The notes under the pieces are model-generated. The model saw nothing but the letters and a program-made list of their open reading frames with translations, was not told the DNA's origin and did no database searches. A DNA stretch of 62,741 bases, filler included. It is 14 parts of 14 records of this genome, joined end to end, with 100 filler letters (N's around TTAATTAATTAA, not from the genome) between each part and the next. Parts side by side here need not be neighbours in the genome. Positions count along the whole stretch, not along the records: positions 39,638 to 43,220 come from SRR15195285_14922; positions 43,321 to 47,401 come from SRR15195285_14932; positions 47,502 to 50,667 come from SRR15195285_14979; positions 50,768 to 55,050 come from SRR15195285_15000; 10 more parts are not named here. One strand, given 5' to 3'. The translations under genes were made by a program, and so were the position numbers. Shown piece by piece: positions 43,193 to 53,055 of the stretch (positions are counted from its first letter, which is position 1; the number at the start of each line of letters is the position of its first letter).

Positions 43193-43220
43193 CAATAGAT
43201 CTATTCGAATAGATCTATTG
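43193..43220. repeat. Perfect 28-bp palindrome at the contig end
   Basis: CAATAGATCTATTCGAATAGATCTATTG equals its own reverse complement; each half contains the palindrome AATAGATCTATT. Confidence 0.95.
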
Positions 43221-43320
43221 NNNNNNNNNNNNNNNNNNNNNNNNNNNNNNNNNNNNNNNNNNNNTTAATTAATTAANNNNNNNNNNNNNNNNNNNNNNNN
43301 NNNNNNNNNNNNNNNNNNNN
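43221..43320. other. Artificial contig spacer
   Basis: N44-TTAATTAATTAA-N44. Confidence 0.99.
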
Positions 43321-43938
43321 TGTGCGTCGATATTGTTGGGCGATGATGACAAGCCATCTTTACCTTTCAGCATTCTGAGAGCAAGGGTGCTCAAGGTGAT
43401 TTGGGAGGTGTCGCGCTTCAATCGTGGTAGCGTTGCTTCGTTGGTGCAATATATTGCACTGCTGGCTTCCAGGCCAACAAGGGTTTCTGCGTCTGCCAGC
43501 GTCGAGACACTCCTTGCTAAGTCGCAATCGCTGTATCTGATGACATTTGAGGAACAATCGCACTCATTGACTGAACCAGAGGCTCCTGAGAAGGCGCAAA
43601 CAGCTGCCGTGCTCGAGCCGGAGCCGGAGACTGAGCCTGAGCCGGAGACCGAGCTGGAGATCGAGCGAGAACTGGTTGACCCGGAGTGCTATGCCGCTGA
43701 GCCTGAAACCGCGGAGCTTGAAACTAAGCCTGAGGCCGCTGAGTTCGATCCTGAGCGGGCAACGTTGCTTCAGATGACGGTGGTGGACGCAGAAGAAGAG
43801 ATGCTGCTCGACGCTGATTCTGAATGCAGCGATATTTCAGCGATGGCCTTTGTATCAGCAGGCTCTGTACCGCAGACTTTGATCGCCGTTGAGGATGCCC
43901 TGGCTATCATGTTCGGGCGTCTGGTGATTCAACTTTGA
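43321..43938 (+). CDS. Possible 3' end of an acidic protein with an EPEPE tract (5'-partial)
   Basis: Frame is open from the contig edge; Glu/Pro-rich EPEPETEPEPETE resembles the tract in the XK-like protein; overlaps the convergent ORF by 84 nt; strand assignment of the flanks is ambiguous. Confidence 0.4.
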   Translation, partial: CASILLGDDDKPSLPFSILRARVLKVIWEVSRFNRGSVASLVQYIALLASRPTRVSASASVETLLAKSQSLYLMTFEEQSHSLTEPEAPEKAQTAAVLEPEPETEPEPETELEIERELVDPECYAAEPETAELETKPEAAEFDPERATLLQMTVVDAEEEMLLDADSECSDISAMAFVSAGSVPQTLIAVEDALAIMFGRLVIQL

Positions 43939-46900
43939 ACCCGACCGGAGAATCTGCATTATCGCACCGACGTAGCCGCACAATAGCGCAGATTCACTGG
44001 AGCCCAAGCTAGCCAGTTTAGACAGCAGCACGCTCGCCAGGGCCCCCTGAACTGACTGCACAGTAGGAGAGCAGTAGCTCTGCGCTGTCGTTGCGTGCTC
44101 AAGAACTTGTTTCATTGCTTCTGCACATGCGAGAAAGCGTGTCCCGCCATCATCCAGCCTCGTCAGAAGTAGCCGACCAGCCCAAAGCTTTACATTTTCT
44201 GTTGGATCTGAAGTCAAGAGATCAAGCGCAACCTTGGATAGCTTGTCGCTCGTGATCTGAACCCGGTGTTCCGAAAGAGGTCCCATGGTTTCAAATGCTT
44301 GTGCTGCTGCTTGAAGGAGCCCACAGCGTCTGCGCGTAAGTGATATGCCCGCTAGCGATGGGTGAGGCGTAGGTTTCCCCTCAGCGTCTGCAGCGTACAC
44401 TTTGTCTATCGCCAAGCCAGGTCGCTTCAATCTTGCAGAGAATGTGTACTTCTTTTGTGCATCTACCGTCTCCCCAGTTCCTGTCATTTTCAAACCAGTT
44501 TCATCTGCTGATAAACTGGCTTCGAAGTATCCAGCAACTTGATGCCCAACCAGCTCAGCCCACGCAAGCTTAGTCTCATTCGGAGGTGATGATGTACTCT
44601 TCCCAGGCAATAACCTGCCCACTAGCTCCACCATTCGAGAATCACGAATCTTGTCAATCCCAGCTACACTGCTACCGAACACAAACTCGTCAGTGCACGC
44701 GAACTCATAGTCGCACTCTTGTGGTATTTCTTTGCCAGCCACTGCGTCGGTCACCTTGACATCGAAAGTCCACAGCCCGGAAATTCCCCAGACAGGGGCG
44801 TTCATAGCATTTGGGGGCATAGCATCTGTCTCTCTGGAAATGCTTTGTCTTTCACGCCGACTCGATTCACCAGCTTGCAGCAGTTCAATTGCCGAACTGT
44901 ATCCAAGCTCTGCCTCCTCGACGCACTGACTTCGTGCCTCCAATACCCGCGTTACTTCAGAGCAGAGCACCGCATCGTTTTGCAAGAAGCGTCTGCATGC
45001 ATCAATTCGAAGACACACCGGATCTGTAGCAGCATTCTCCTGCACCCAACGCAGGGCATCTTCAAATTTTGGAATGATCATCTTTCGCTCACGAACAGTG
45101 ACCACTACATCAGAATACTCCAGCAGGAGCCTAGCCCGAGACAGAGCGCCTTCTGCAACTGCTTGCCATGACGACTTCTGCTCTGTAGACGCCAGCTTAC
45201 GATATTCAGCTTGCACTGCATCCTTCACCTTGAGTGCTTCTTTGGCGGCATGCAGAAGCTTGCCTTGAATCTCAATCTTAGCCATGTCACACTGCAGAAG
45301 CCCACTGTGTGCAGCAATAGCCAACAGCGCAAGCTCTTCTACCGCTTTGAGTTCAGGTGATGAAAACCCGATCCATCGTTGCTTTAGTCCTGAGACGTCG
45401 ACCGTCTCGATTATGGAGTCCACGTCAGCCACCTGAACTCTCTCTGCGAACAAGGATACATCAAATCCCTCCTCTGAGTTCTTCAAACCAGAGCACAGGG
45501 TTGCCACACATTTTCCTCCTAATCCTGTAGCAATATCCACGATCCCACTAAGCCAGTGTTCATCTACTGGCGTGCACCAGCCCGGTGGAGCATGCTGCTT
45601 ATTGCATTTTTCATACATATCCTGGGCCTGCTTGAGATTGCAGCCGTCTCGCCCACCGAACCCATAAACATAGTATGCAGCTGTCTGTTCGTCGCAGCCT
45701 TGATTGCCTGCAAAAGTTCGAGACGCCACGCGCACTGGGTTCGATGGGTCCATCAACATGTCTGGGTGGCTGTCTGCACATTCCTGTGCAGTAGTTACAA
45801 AATTGACGATTGGGCCGACAAGCAAGGCAGCGGCACTTCTGCCTTCAGATGTTCTCAGTTTGATGATGTTGGTCGCCAAGGCCAACGACGCGTTCAACAA
45901 CGGTTGCAGCTGGCTCCGTTGCAGCGTTTCAAACTGAGCTGAGCTTGCCTTCTGCTTCACCACGGTGAACATTTGTTGAGTAAACTGCAGGGTTAGCTGC
46001 ACCATGGCGACAGAGCGGGTGACATCCGCTGGATTGTGTTCATTGCAAGAGAGTTGAACTGCACGTAGCGGCGCAGAAATCAATAGATCGGCTGTCAATA
46101 CCTTCGGCGGCGCCGTAGAAATAGGCACGGCAGGGCAGCAAGTGTCAATCAGCTGCACTTGTGTTTCATAGTCAAAGTACATAAACGGAAATACTTCTCC
46201 GCTGACGCTGCCGAGCTTTGCCGCTTCACGCCACTGTGTTTCCGAGCTTGATGTCTGAAATCCCTGATTTACTAGCAGCGCAATGCTGCCCTCATCGCAG
46301 TCCAACCTCAGCCGGAACGTCTGTTCAGCCCGGATTTCATGAGAATGCTCACTCGTGTGCTCACGTGCAGTGCAATTTGAGCCGTAACGGCCACTGGGCC
46401 TGAAGAACCAAATACGCGCCTGCTGCTCAGACCACGATTGTGGGCTCTCATCGCTACCTAGTGGCATGTCGCCGCTAGCTACTCCAAACCATATCCCCAT
46501 CATTTCTCCACTTAGCTTGCAGTCCCACTCGTGCACTCCTGCAGAAAAACCAGCGTCGCCAAGGATGCCAGCGTAGTCGGGGCGGCTTCCGTTTACACGA
46601 CGAGCCATTCGATTTCCATCTGAGATTTGGAATGAACGATGTTTTTTCTCAGTACTCCACGCCCACGCATTATGCTGAACTGGACCTTCAGAATCTACCG
46701 GTACATCTCTTGGTGCTGTACAAGAGTGGACGATCTTCCTTTCGAGGAGCTTCAAAAGCGACCCAAGTACCTCGAGGGAGCCTTCACAAGACTTGCACGC
46801 AATCAGCGACGATGGCTTCGCCATCTCGCTGACAACGGAGGCAGCAAGGCGCTCTAAAATTGCACCAGCGCTTGCACATGCCGACGTGGGTACTATTCGC

Positions 46901-47400
46901 TGCATACCCAGAATTTCGTCCGCTCTTGTGATCTGCACACTGTGTACTTCTACAGAGGTCCCTGGAAATCGCAAAGTCAGCAGCCAAACCATCTCTCCCG
47001 ATAATCCAGTTGCCACTATGCCACAGACCTTCCGGTTCTTCATGGCGAAAATTTCACCTGTATCGTAGTCCAGAAGCATTCCTGCGGTGTCGAATCTCGT
47101 CACTGAGTGTTGACTCTTCCACCAATCGTCGCCAAACCAAGCAAGACTGTCTTCAATCAAGACTCTACTTGTTCTTGTGTGACCCGCTGCCAAACCAGTC
47201 AAGCGGCCGAGCAGTGGGTCATACATGAATGCGTCGGAATCTTGCGGTGGATCTGAGGTCTCAAGGTCCACATTGGGTCTTCCCACACCAATAGCAACAG
47301 CGAAGCCCTGTGGATTTCGTTCGGATGCCGCAGCAGAATCATCCGCCACGCGAACCTCTAGATAATGCTTTCCTGTTGTCATTACGGTCTGTGCTTTCGC
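43855..47400 (-). CDS. 5'-partial large protein with two SPRY/B30.2 domains (E3-ligase-scaffold-like)
   Basis: At least 1175 aa, open from the contig edge; SPRY1 TGKHYLEV..AIGVG..AGMLLDYDTGEIFAMKN; SPRY2 GFSAGVHEW..IWFGVA..LRLDCDEGSI..VFPFM; helical remainder; no HECT or RING domain visible. Confidence 0.75.
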   Translation of the reverse strand, partial: AKAQTVMTTGKHYLEVRVADDSAAASERNPQGFAVAIGVGRPNVDLETSDPPQDSDAFMYDPLLGRLTGLAAGHTRTSRVLIEDSLAWFGDDWWKSQHSVTRFDTAGMLLDYDTGEIFAMKNRKVCGIVATGLSGEMVWLLTLRFPGTSVEVHSVQITRADEILGMQRIVPTSACASAGAILERLAASVVSEMAKPSSLIACKSCEGSLEVLGSLLKLLERKIVHSCTAPRDVPVDSEGPVQHNAWAWSTEKKHRSFQISDGNRMARRVNGSRPDYAGILGDAGFSAGVHEWDCKLSGEMMGIWFGVASGDMPLGSDESPQSWSEQQARIWFFRPSGRYGSNCTAREHTSEHSHEIRAEQTFRLRLDCDEGSIALLVNQGFQTSSSETQWREAAKLGSVSGEVFPFMYFDYETQVQLIDTCCPAVPISTAPPKVLTADLLISAPLRAVQLSCNEHNPADVTRSVAMVQLTLQFTQQMFTVVKQKASSAQFETLQRSQLQPLLNASLALATNIIKLRTSEGRSAAALLVGPIVNFVTTAQECADSHPDMLMDPSNPVRVASRTFAGNQGCDEQTAAYYVYGFGGRDGCNLKQAQDMYEKCNKQHAPPGWCTPVDEHWLSGIVDIATGLGGKCVATLCSGLKNSEEGFDVSLFAERVQVADVDSIIETVDVSGLKQRWIGFSSPELKAVEELALLAIAAHSGLLQCDMAKIEIQGKLLHAAKEALKVKDAVQAEYRKLASTEQKSSWQAVAEGALSRARLLLEYSDVVVTVRERKMIIPKFEDALRWVQENAATDPVCLRIDACRRFLQNDAVLCSEVTRVLEARSQCVEEAELGYSSAIELLQAGESSRRERQSISRETDAMPPNAMNAPVWGISGLWTFDVKVTDAVAGKEIPQECDYEFACTDEFVFGSSVAGIDKIRDSRMVELVGRLLPGKSTSSPPNETKLAWAELVGHQVAGYFEASLSADETGLKMTGTGETVDAQKKYTFSARLKRPGLAIDKVYAADAEGKPTPHPSLAGISLTRRRCGLLQAAAQAFETMGPLSEHRVQITSDKLSKVALDLLTSDPTENVKLWAGRLLLTRLDDGGTRFLACAEAMKQVLEHATTAQSYCSPTVQSVQGALASVLLSKLASLGSSESALLCGYVGAIMQILRSGSKLNHQTPEHDSQGILNGDQSLRYRAC

Positions 47401-47401
47401 A

Positions 47402-47501
47402 NNNNNNNNNNNNNNNNNNNNNNNNNNNNNNNNNNNNNNNNNNNNTTAATTAATTAANNNNNNNNNNNNNNNNNNNNNNNNNNNNNNNNNNNNNNNNNNN
47501 N
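47402..47501. other. Artificial contig spacer
   Basis: N44-TTAATTAATTAA-N44. Confidence 0.99.
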
Positions 47502-48111
47502 GCTGCTGCTGCTGCTGCTGCTGCTGCTAAAAGCCACGCCTCGTCGCGCCTACACAGTGGCGATTGGAGCGACTGGGAGGAGACATGGCGGCGGCACGAC
47601 CACGACAAAGACGGAAATATCAAGGTCAATGTCGGCGAGGTGAGCTGCGCAGTGTTGCTGTGCTTGGCTCGTAGACTGACCCGGGCGCCGTGTTCCTCAC
47701 AGATTACACGCCTGTTCACGGAACATTACAACATTCTCCACGATAGATTGGAACACGACAAGAAGCCTGGACTGACGTCGATTGGTCATGGGCGTGCTGG
47801 CGATCCGACCTTTGTGGTGCGCGCCCTTGCACTTGGTCGCCGCAAGTAAGCTGGTGTACCTCCTGGGTGCTGTGCTGTGCTCTGATATGTTTCTTGGGCG
47901 CGTTCGGACGCGACGAACGCTGCAGCGGGAAGCCCAAGCGTTCATCAAGCTGCGTGAAGAAATGACCGGGAGCACGCATAAGAACGCCCCTATGAGCTGG
48001 CAAGAGTTCCACAAGGAAATGACTGCTTTCATGGAGCACCAAAAAGGCAAGCGGGGAGCGCTGCTGGACTCGCGGTGGAACCCACTGCTGCAGGCGCACA
48101 AGGAGCTCTAG
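47502..48111 (+). CDS. 5'-partial small EF-hand protein ending in HKEL (ER-lumen-like)
   Basis: (GCT)9 poly-Ala at the edge, EF-loop-like DHDKDGNI, MSWQEF; phase-0 introns 47640-47702 and 47817-47925; C-terminus AHKEL-stop. Confidence 0.65.
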
Positions 48112-48249
48112 GAGGTCACCACCTAGGTATCTGATCTGCACGCATTCCTGTGAAAGCATCTGTGCGTCGCGCAAGATACTGTCAGACGTATGGTGGCGAT
48201 GCATGAAGAGTGGCTTCAATGGCTGAAACACTCATCGTAAGATTCGTCG

Positions 48250-50317
48250 TCATCTGCTTCCATCGCTACTCTCGTCATCGCTAGAAACAATGGTGCCGGT
48301 TGTCCTGGTTCTGAGCCACGGCTGGTCTAGCGAGCGATCCAATAGATCAGCAATAGACACATCTCCTTTGGGTATAGGGCTACCAGACCTGCCGTCGCTG
48401 CGCGTTTGCGGCGTGGCCACAGGTGATAGCGATAGCTCTTGCCGGCGAGTTCTCTGGGCTGAGCAGTACCACGCACCGAACCACCTACGGACCATATTTA
48501 GCTGCAAACGTAGCAGCGATATTATCACTTTTTTTTCACCCCTGTGACGGTCACGCACACGGTGTGCTGCAATAGTATGCCAGCGCGAAAGAGTGCGTCC
48601 CTGGATCGCGGTACGGCCATTTGGGTTTCGCCAGCCCCGCGATGACGCTTTGCAGAGGAGATTTTGGGACCGGCTCGCCCATGCCTGTAGTACTGCCGAA
48701 AGCAGTATCGAGCGCTGTCCAGCACCTCCAATGTAGACCTTCGCAGCAAGGCTCAACTGTTCCAAGCGGCGCACACAACCCATAAGAACCGGCCACGTCG
48801 AGGCAACTATCAATGCTGGAATGGGTGAGCTGTACGTTCGTGTATCACCTTAATAGATAAGGCCAGTTTCGGCATGGAGGCGTGGGTGTGGGAAGCTTGG
48901 ATATAGTACGTACAGCAAGGGAACGGCCAGCAACCAATTGTCGCTGGCTCACAAGAGCTGCCTGACAGGCACCTTCCTGGTCGGCATACAGCGCTGCACG
49001 TTCCTGCTCCAGTCGCGTCAACTGCTGCTCGGAGGACTGCGCTGCTGCGACGGCAGCTGCTGCAGAAGCCTGAGCTTTTCGGAGGTCCGCAGCAACAGAG
49101 GAAGCATGCGCCTGCTGGAGACGATCTGACTCTGCAAAACGTGATTCCGAAGCCGCACACCGAGCTTCAGCAGCTGCTCGGGATCCTGAGACTAACACCA
49201 GGCGCCAGGCAAGCAATGCGCTGTGTAGCACTCTCTTTGAGCGCTGGGTTCGACCATCACGCCTCGCAGATATTAAGCATTTCTCGAGTTTCTGAGAGTG
49301 GGCTGTAGCACGTGAGCCCAGTGCAACTGCAGTGGCAGCAGCTGCGACAGCCTCGTCGCGCTCTCGTTCGGCGACTGAAAGAGCCATTCGCAACTTTACT
49401 AGCTCACTCTGCACTTCTTCATGTTGGCTGTCCGCAATGTCTCCATCCAAGTGTCGATCTAGTTCAGGATTGACACTCGATTGATCATCTGTTTCATCCT
49501 CTGTGGTTTCATTGTCCTCCAAGCTTTCGCTTTCCGCAGCGACGCCACCAGTGGTATCGCTATAGGTGCTTGTGCTGTCGTCTTGCCAGACAAGCTGAAT
49601 CAGATCACGCAGACTTACAAGGCCGCTGCTGGTGGTGTCTACAGCACGGAAGATGCGGAGTATCGTAGCGTCGCTGATCTGATCAGGTCCTAGTCTCCCC
49701 CCTGTTCTCACCAACTTTCGGAACTCGTCGTGAGATAACGCGCCGCGGTTTGTGTGGTCGTATTGCCGCAACAGGTTCTGCGGCCGCTGCCCAGGCTTGT
49801 CGTCAGATGGTACGCCTCCGTAAGAGGCGGCCTTCAAGCGGTGGCGAAGCAGCCGCAGCTCATCAATGTCCACGAGGCGCACCCTCCTAGTAATACCACG
49901 AAGCCTGGCATCAGCGCCGTGTTCTCGCGCCGTTGTTTGCCCAGCGTGCGAATGGATCGACACATCGGCTGACCATTTGGTGGCATTTGGTGGCTTTCCA
50001 TAGTGCACGGTTGGAGCCTGGGCCACTCCTGTCTCGCCGCGGGCAGTGACAAACACGAGCTCTACGTCGCGAGTAAAGTGCCCTTGATGATAATGCGGCT
50101 GTCTCGGAGGCAGCGCGACGTCCCTGACTGGGCTAATCTGCCGGGCGGGGCTTACGCATCGGTGGCGAACAGCGAGCCTCGACCTCGACTGGGATACCTC
50201 TGACACACCGTACCCTTGAGACGCACCCAATACATCAGTCTCCGCAAGCACCGAGCGCGACGGTCTACTCAACTGCGCCGCGATTCGTCGCCGCTCCTCG
50301 ATCCCTCTGCGCCGCAT
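48250..50317 (-). CDS. EF-hand pair plus coiled-coil protein with Sfi1-like Trp repeats (centrosomal/flagellar-like)
   Basis: YDHTNRGALSHDEF and VDTTSSGLVSLRDL EF loops; heptad-rich region; LLAWR, LQAWA, LSRWH, RRWFGAW; predicted intron 48757-48913 (acceptor uncertain); start uncertain. Confidence 0.6.
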
Positions 50318-50667
50318 AGTGTCCTCAGGTCCTCCGGTCCTCCGGTCTCTTGGGTCAGAGAAGCGATCGACCGTTGACGCTAGCACACTGAGGCCACCAT
50401 CATACCGTGCTGCCGGTCGGTGGCCTTCGTGCTCCAGAGGAGCACGCGTTAGCGCAGCTCTGTCGTCGCCTGGCTCCCATCGGTCCCTCTACTCGCCCAT
50501 GCCCATGGCGGGATGAGCGTGCGGTCCCGGCAACCCCCAGCTGGAGCTCCTGGTATCCAGGTATCGCGAGACCAGATCACGCGTTCTCGGAGTTCAAAGA
50601 ACTCACTGATAAATGCAGCGGACTTCGCGGACAGCCCCGAGACACTGGTTTTCTTCGCACACTCTAG

Positions 50668-50767
50668 NNNNNNNNNNNNNNNNNNNNNNNNNNNNNNNNN
50701 NNNNNNNNNNNTTAATTAATTAANNNNNNNNNNNNNNNNNNNNNNNNNNNNNNNNNNNNNNNNNNNN
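50668..50767. other. Artificial contig spacer
   Basis: N44-TTAATTAATTAA-N44. Confidence 0.99.
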
Positions 50768-51150
50768 CGGAGGTTCGCGCCAGTCGTCTGGACGGCTAGG
50801 CCCGCAGTGACCTGGTGCTGTTGTCTTTGGTTTATTAACCCTCAACAGTCACAGTCAGTCACCTCGGTATATCGATTATCGAGTATATACCCCCGTCCGT
50901 GCCGCCCCGATTGTTGGGCGCAATGCGTGCGGCTACTAGCTAGTAAGTAGTATGCGTATACGCCGCGGCGCCCGGGCGCCACGCATCGATACGCACCGCG
51001 ACCCGCGCCGCGCGCGCCCCCACGTACCAGGGTACCACGCACTGCTGCCGTGCTAGCTCGACACCACGTTGCGGCGGGGTGCTGCCTTCTTTCAACGTAC
51101 GTGGTGAGTCTTGGCAGGGCAGCTCTGTCGCGGATACTGTACTCACCAGG

Positions 51151-52688
51151 ATGCAGCCTGCGCGCCTCCGCGCGCTAGCGATGCATCTAGTAGGTGCAGA
51201 ATCAGTGAGACCTGTCGCCTGCAGCGCATCGGCGAGCCCTGAGGATTATGCAGAAAATCTATCGAGGGGCCAGGGCGGGCCGGTAGGGTATCCGCTCGCG
51301 CGGCAGGACGGCAATGGGCAGCTAACGCCAGACTCAGTCGCAGAGCTCACAGAGCAGATGGATGCAGCCGCTTGCCTCGGGGATTTTAGAACAGCGGCGA
51401 ACCTGCAAACGATGTTAAAAGTGCTGCGCCCAAAGGCAGCGCCAATGCCGCTCGCCGCCTTCACTTCTTCCAATGCAGATACTGCCGCGGACATTTTGCT
51501 GGAGCACGGATTTTGCATTCTACCGGATTTGATCAGCCCCCACGACTTGGAACGGATGCGAGCTGCGTACCAGGACATAGCAGAAGCTGGATTCCCTGAG
51601 GAGCAAGCATGGATGGAAGGAACCGAACGAAAGGATCTGGGAAAGTACTTCTCGTTCGATATGTTCTCGGAGGAACGTGGCGACCCGGCATTTTACGCGC
51701 TAGCCGACCCGCCGCTGCTGATGAACGTCATACACCGGGTGCTTGGACGCCGGGTGCCTTTTCAAGGCAGTGGAGGGCGCGTACTGCCAGTCGCAGACCA
51801 CGAGGAGTATGCGCACACTGGATACATTAGCTGGCATAGGGACATCGGCAGCGGCGTTGCCTACGACTCCTGGCCCTACCCGTCGTCGCGGTCCATCAAA
51901 GTGTCGACGTTTCTCTACGATGTACCTCGAAACGGCGGATGCCTGACCTTCGTGCCTGGCTCACATCGGCTGCCGAATGCGCCTCAGCAGACACTGGACG
52001 GTACGTTCAATTACCAGTGCAATTTCCCAATACATAGCTAATTATGCTGAGTGGGACCATATATGGTTTACGGAGTAGGTACCTTTGCTGGTGGTCGTGG
52101 TCACTATCGCAAGCCGCTTCGCCTTGGCCAAGGACTAGTTCCTGGCTCTAATGCTGGCACAGGCAGCTCCCCGAACGGAGCCGGCTCCTTTTTCCATGCG
52201 CGCAAAGGACTGGAGCTGCCGCGAGGGTACGATGACGACGGTATACCACTCTGGGTAGCAGACGAGGACGATCTACCCAGTGTATCAATGCCTAACTGCG
52301 TGCGCTGTGCAGTACCAGCGGGCTCTTTCGTGGTTTTCGATACGTGTACGTACCCTCTGTGCTCACGCCTTGTCCCATGTCTGCAGTAGTGGGCGTCATC
52401 TAGTCGCGTCAGTGATGCTCACAATCATGATTTGTATGGCCAGCTATCTATCACGTTGCTATCCCGAACACGAGCGCAACCCCGCGGGTCGGCACGATTG
52501 CTGGATTTACTGCTGGCGGAGCTGGAGCGAAGATCCCGGAAGCTCACCTGCAGACTCTGGACTTAACACCGCACCGGAAGCAAGCATTTGAGCTTGCGAT
52601 GACAGAAGACGAGAAGCGCACAGTCGAGGCGGACATTGCATCGGCAGAACGGTATGTGGCGCGCCGAACTGGAGGCAATTCAAACTGA
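51151..52688 (+). CDS. PhyH-family Fe(II)/2-oxoglutarate dioxygenase with PTS2 and UVR-like motif (3 exons, ~453 aa)
   Basis: EHGFCILPDLI, WHRD (HxD), GGCLTFVPGSH, VPAGSFVVFDTSIYH..PNTS..PR (distal His restored by intron 52346-52443); intron 52001-52078; N-terminal RLRALAMHL = RLx5HL. Confidence 0.88.
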
Positions 52689-53055
52689 GATGGCCAATAG
52701 AGGCAGACAGGGCAGCCCCGAAACACGCTCGATGTACAGTAAATATCCATCGATGTACGACTGCTTTACGCTGATGGCCGAGTTGATTGGCTGCTGCTGG
52801 GAACGAGCAGCTACACCATTCGTTCGAGCTAGTTCGGAGTGTGCAAAGTGAGAGGTGGAAGAGAATGGGAAAACTTCTGGTGGTCACATACCGCCACAAC
52901 TGTGGCGGGTCGCGCTGTATTGCTTGTCTACTCCCCTACAGAGCCAGCCACACAGCACAGGCGCATTCACTTATGAAGTGATCACGCCACGCAGGCGGCT
53001 AGACACCGAGAGTTCGTTGGCTTTACGTAGCGCAGTGGTGTTGTAAAAGGCCAAA

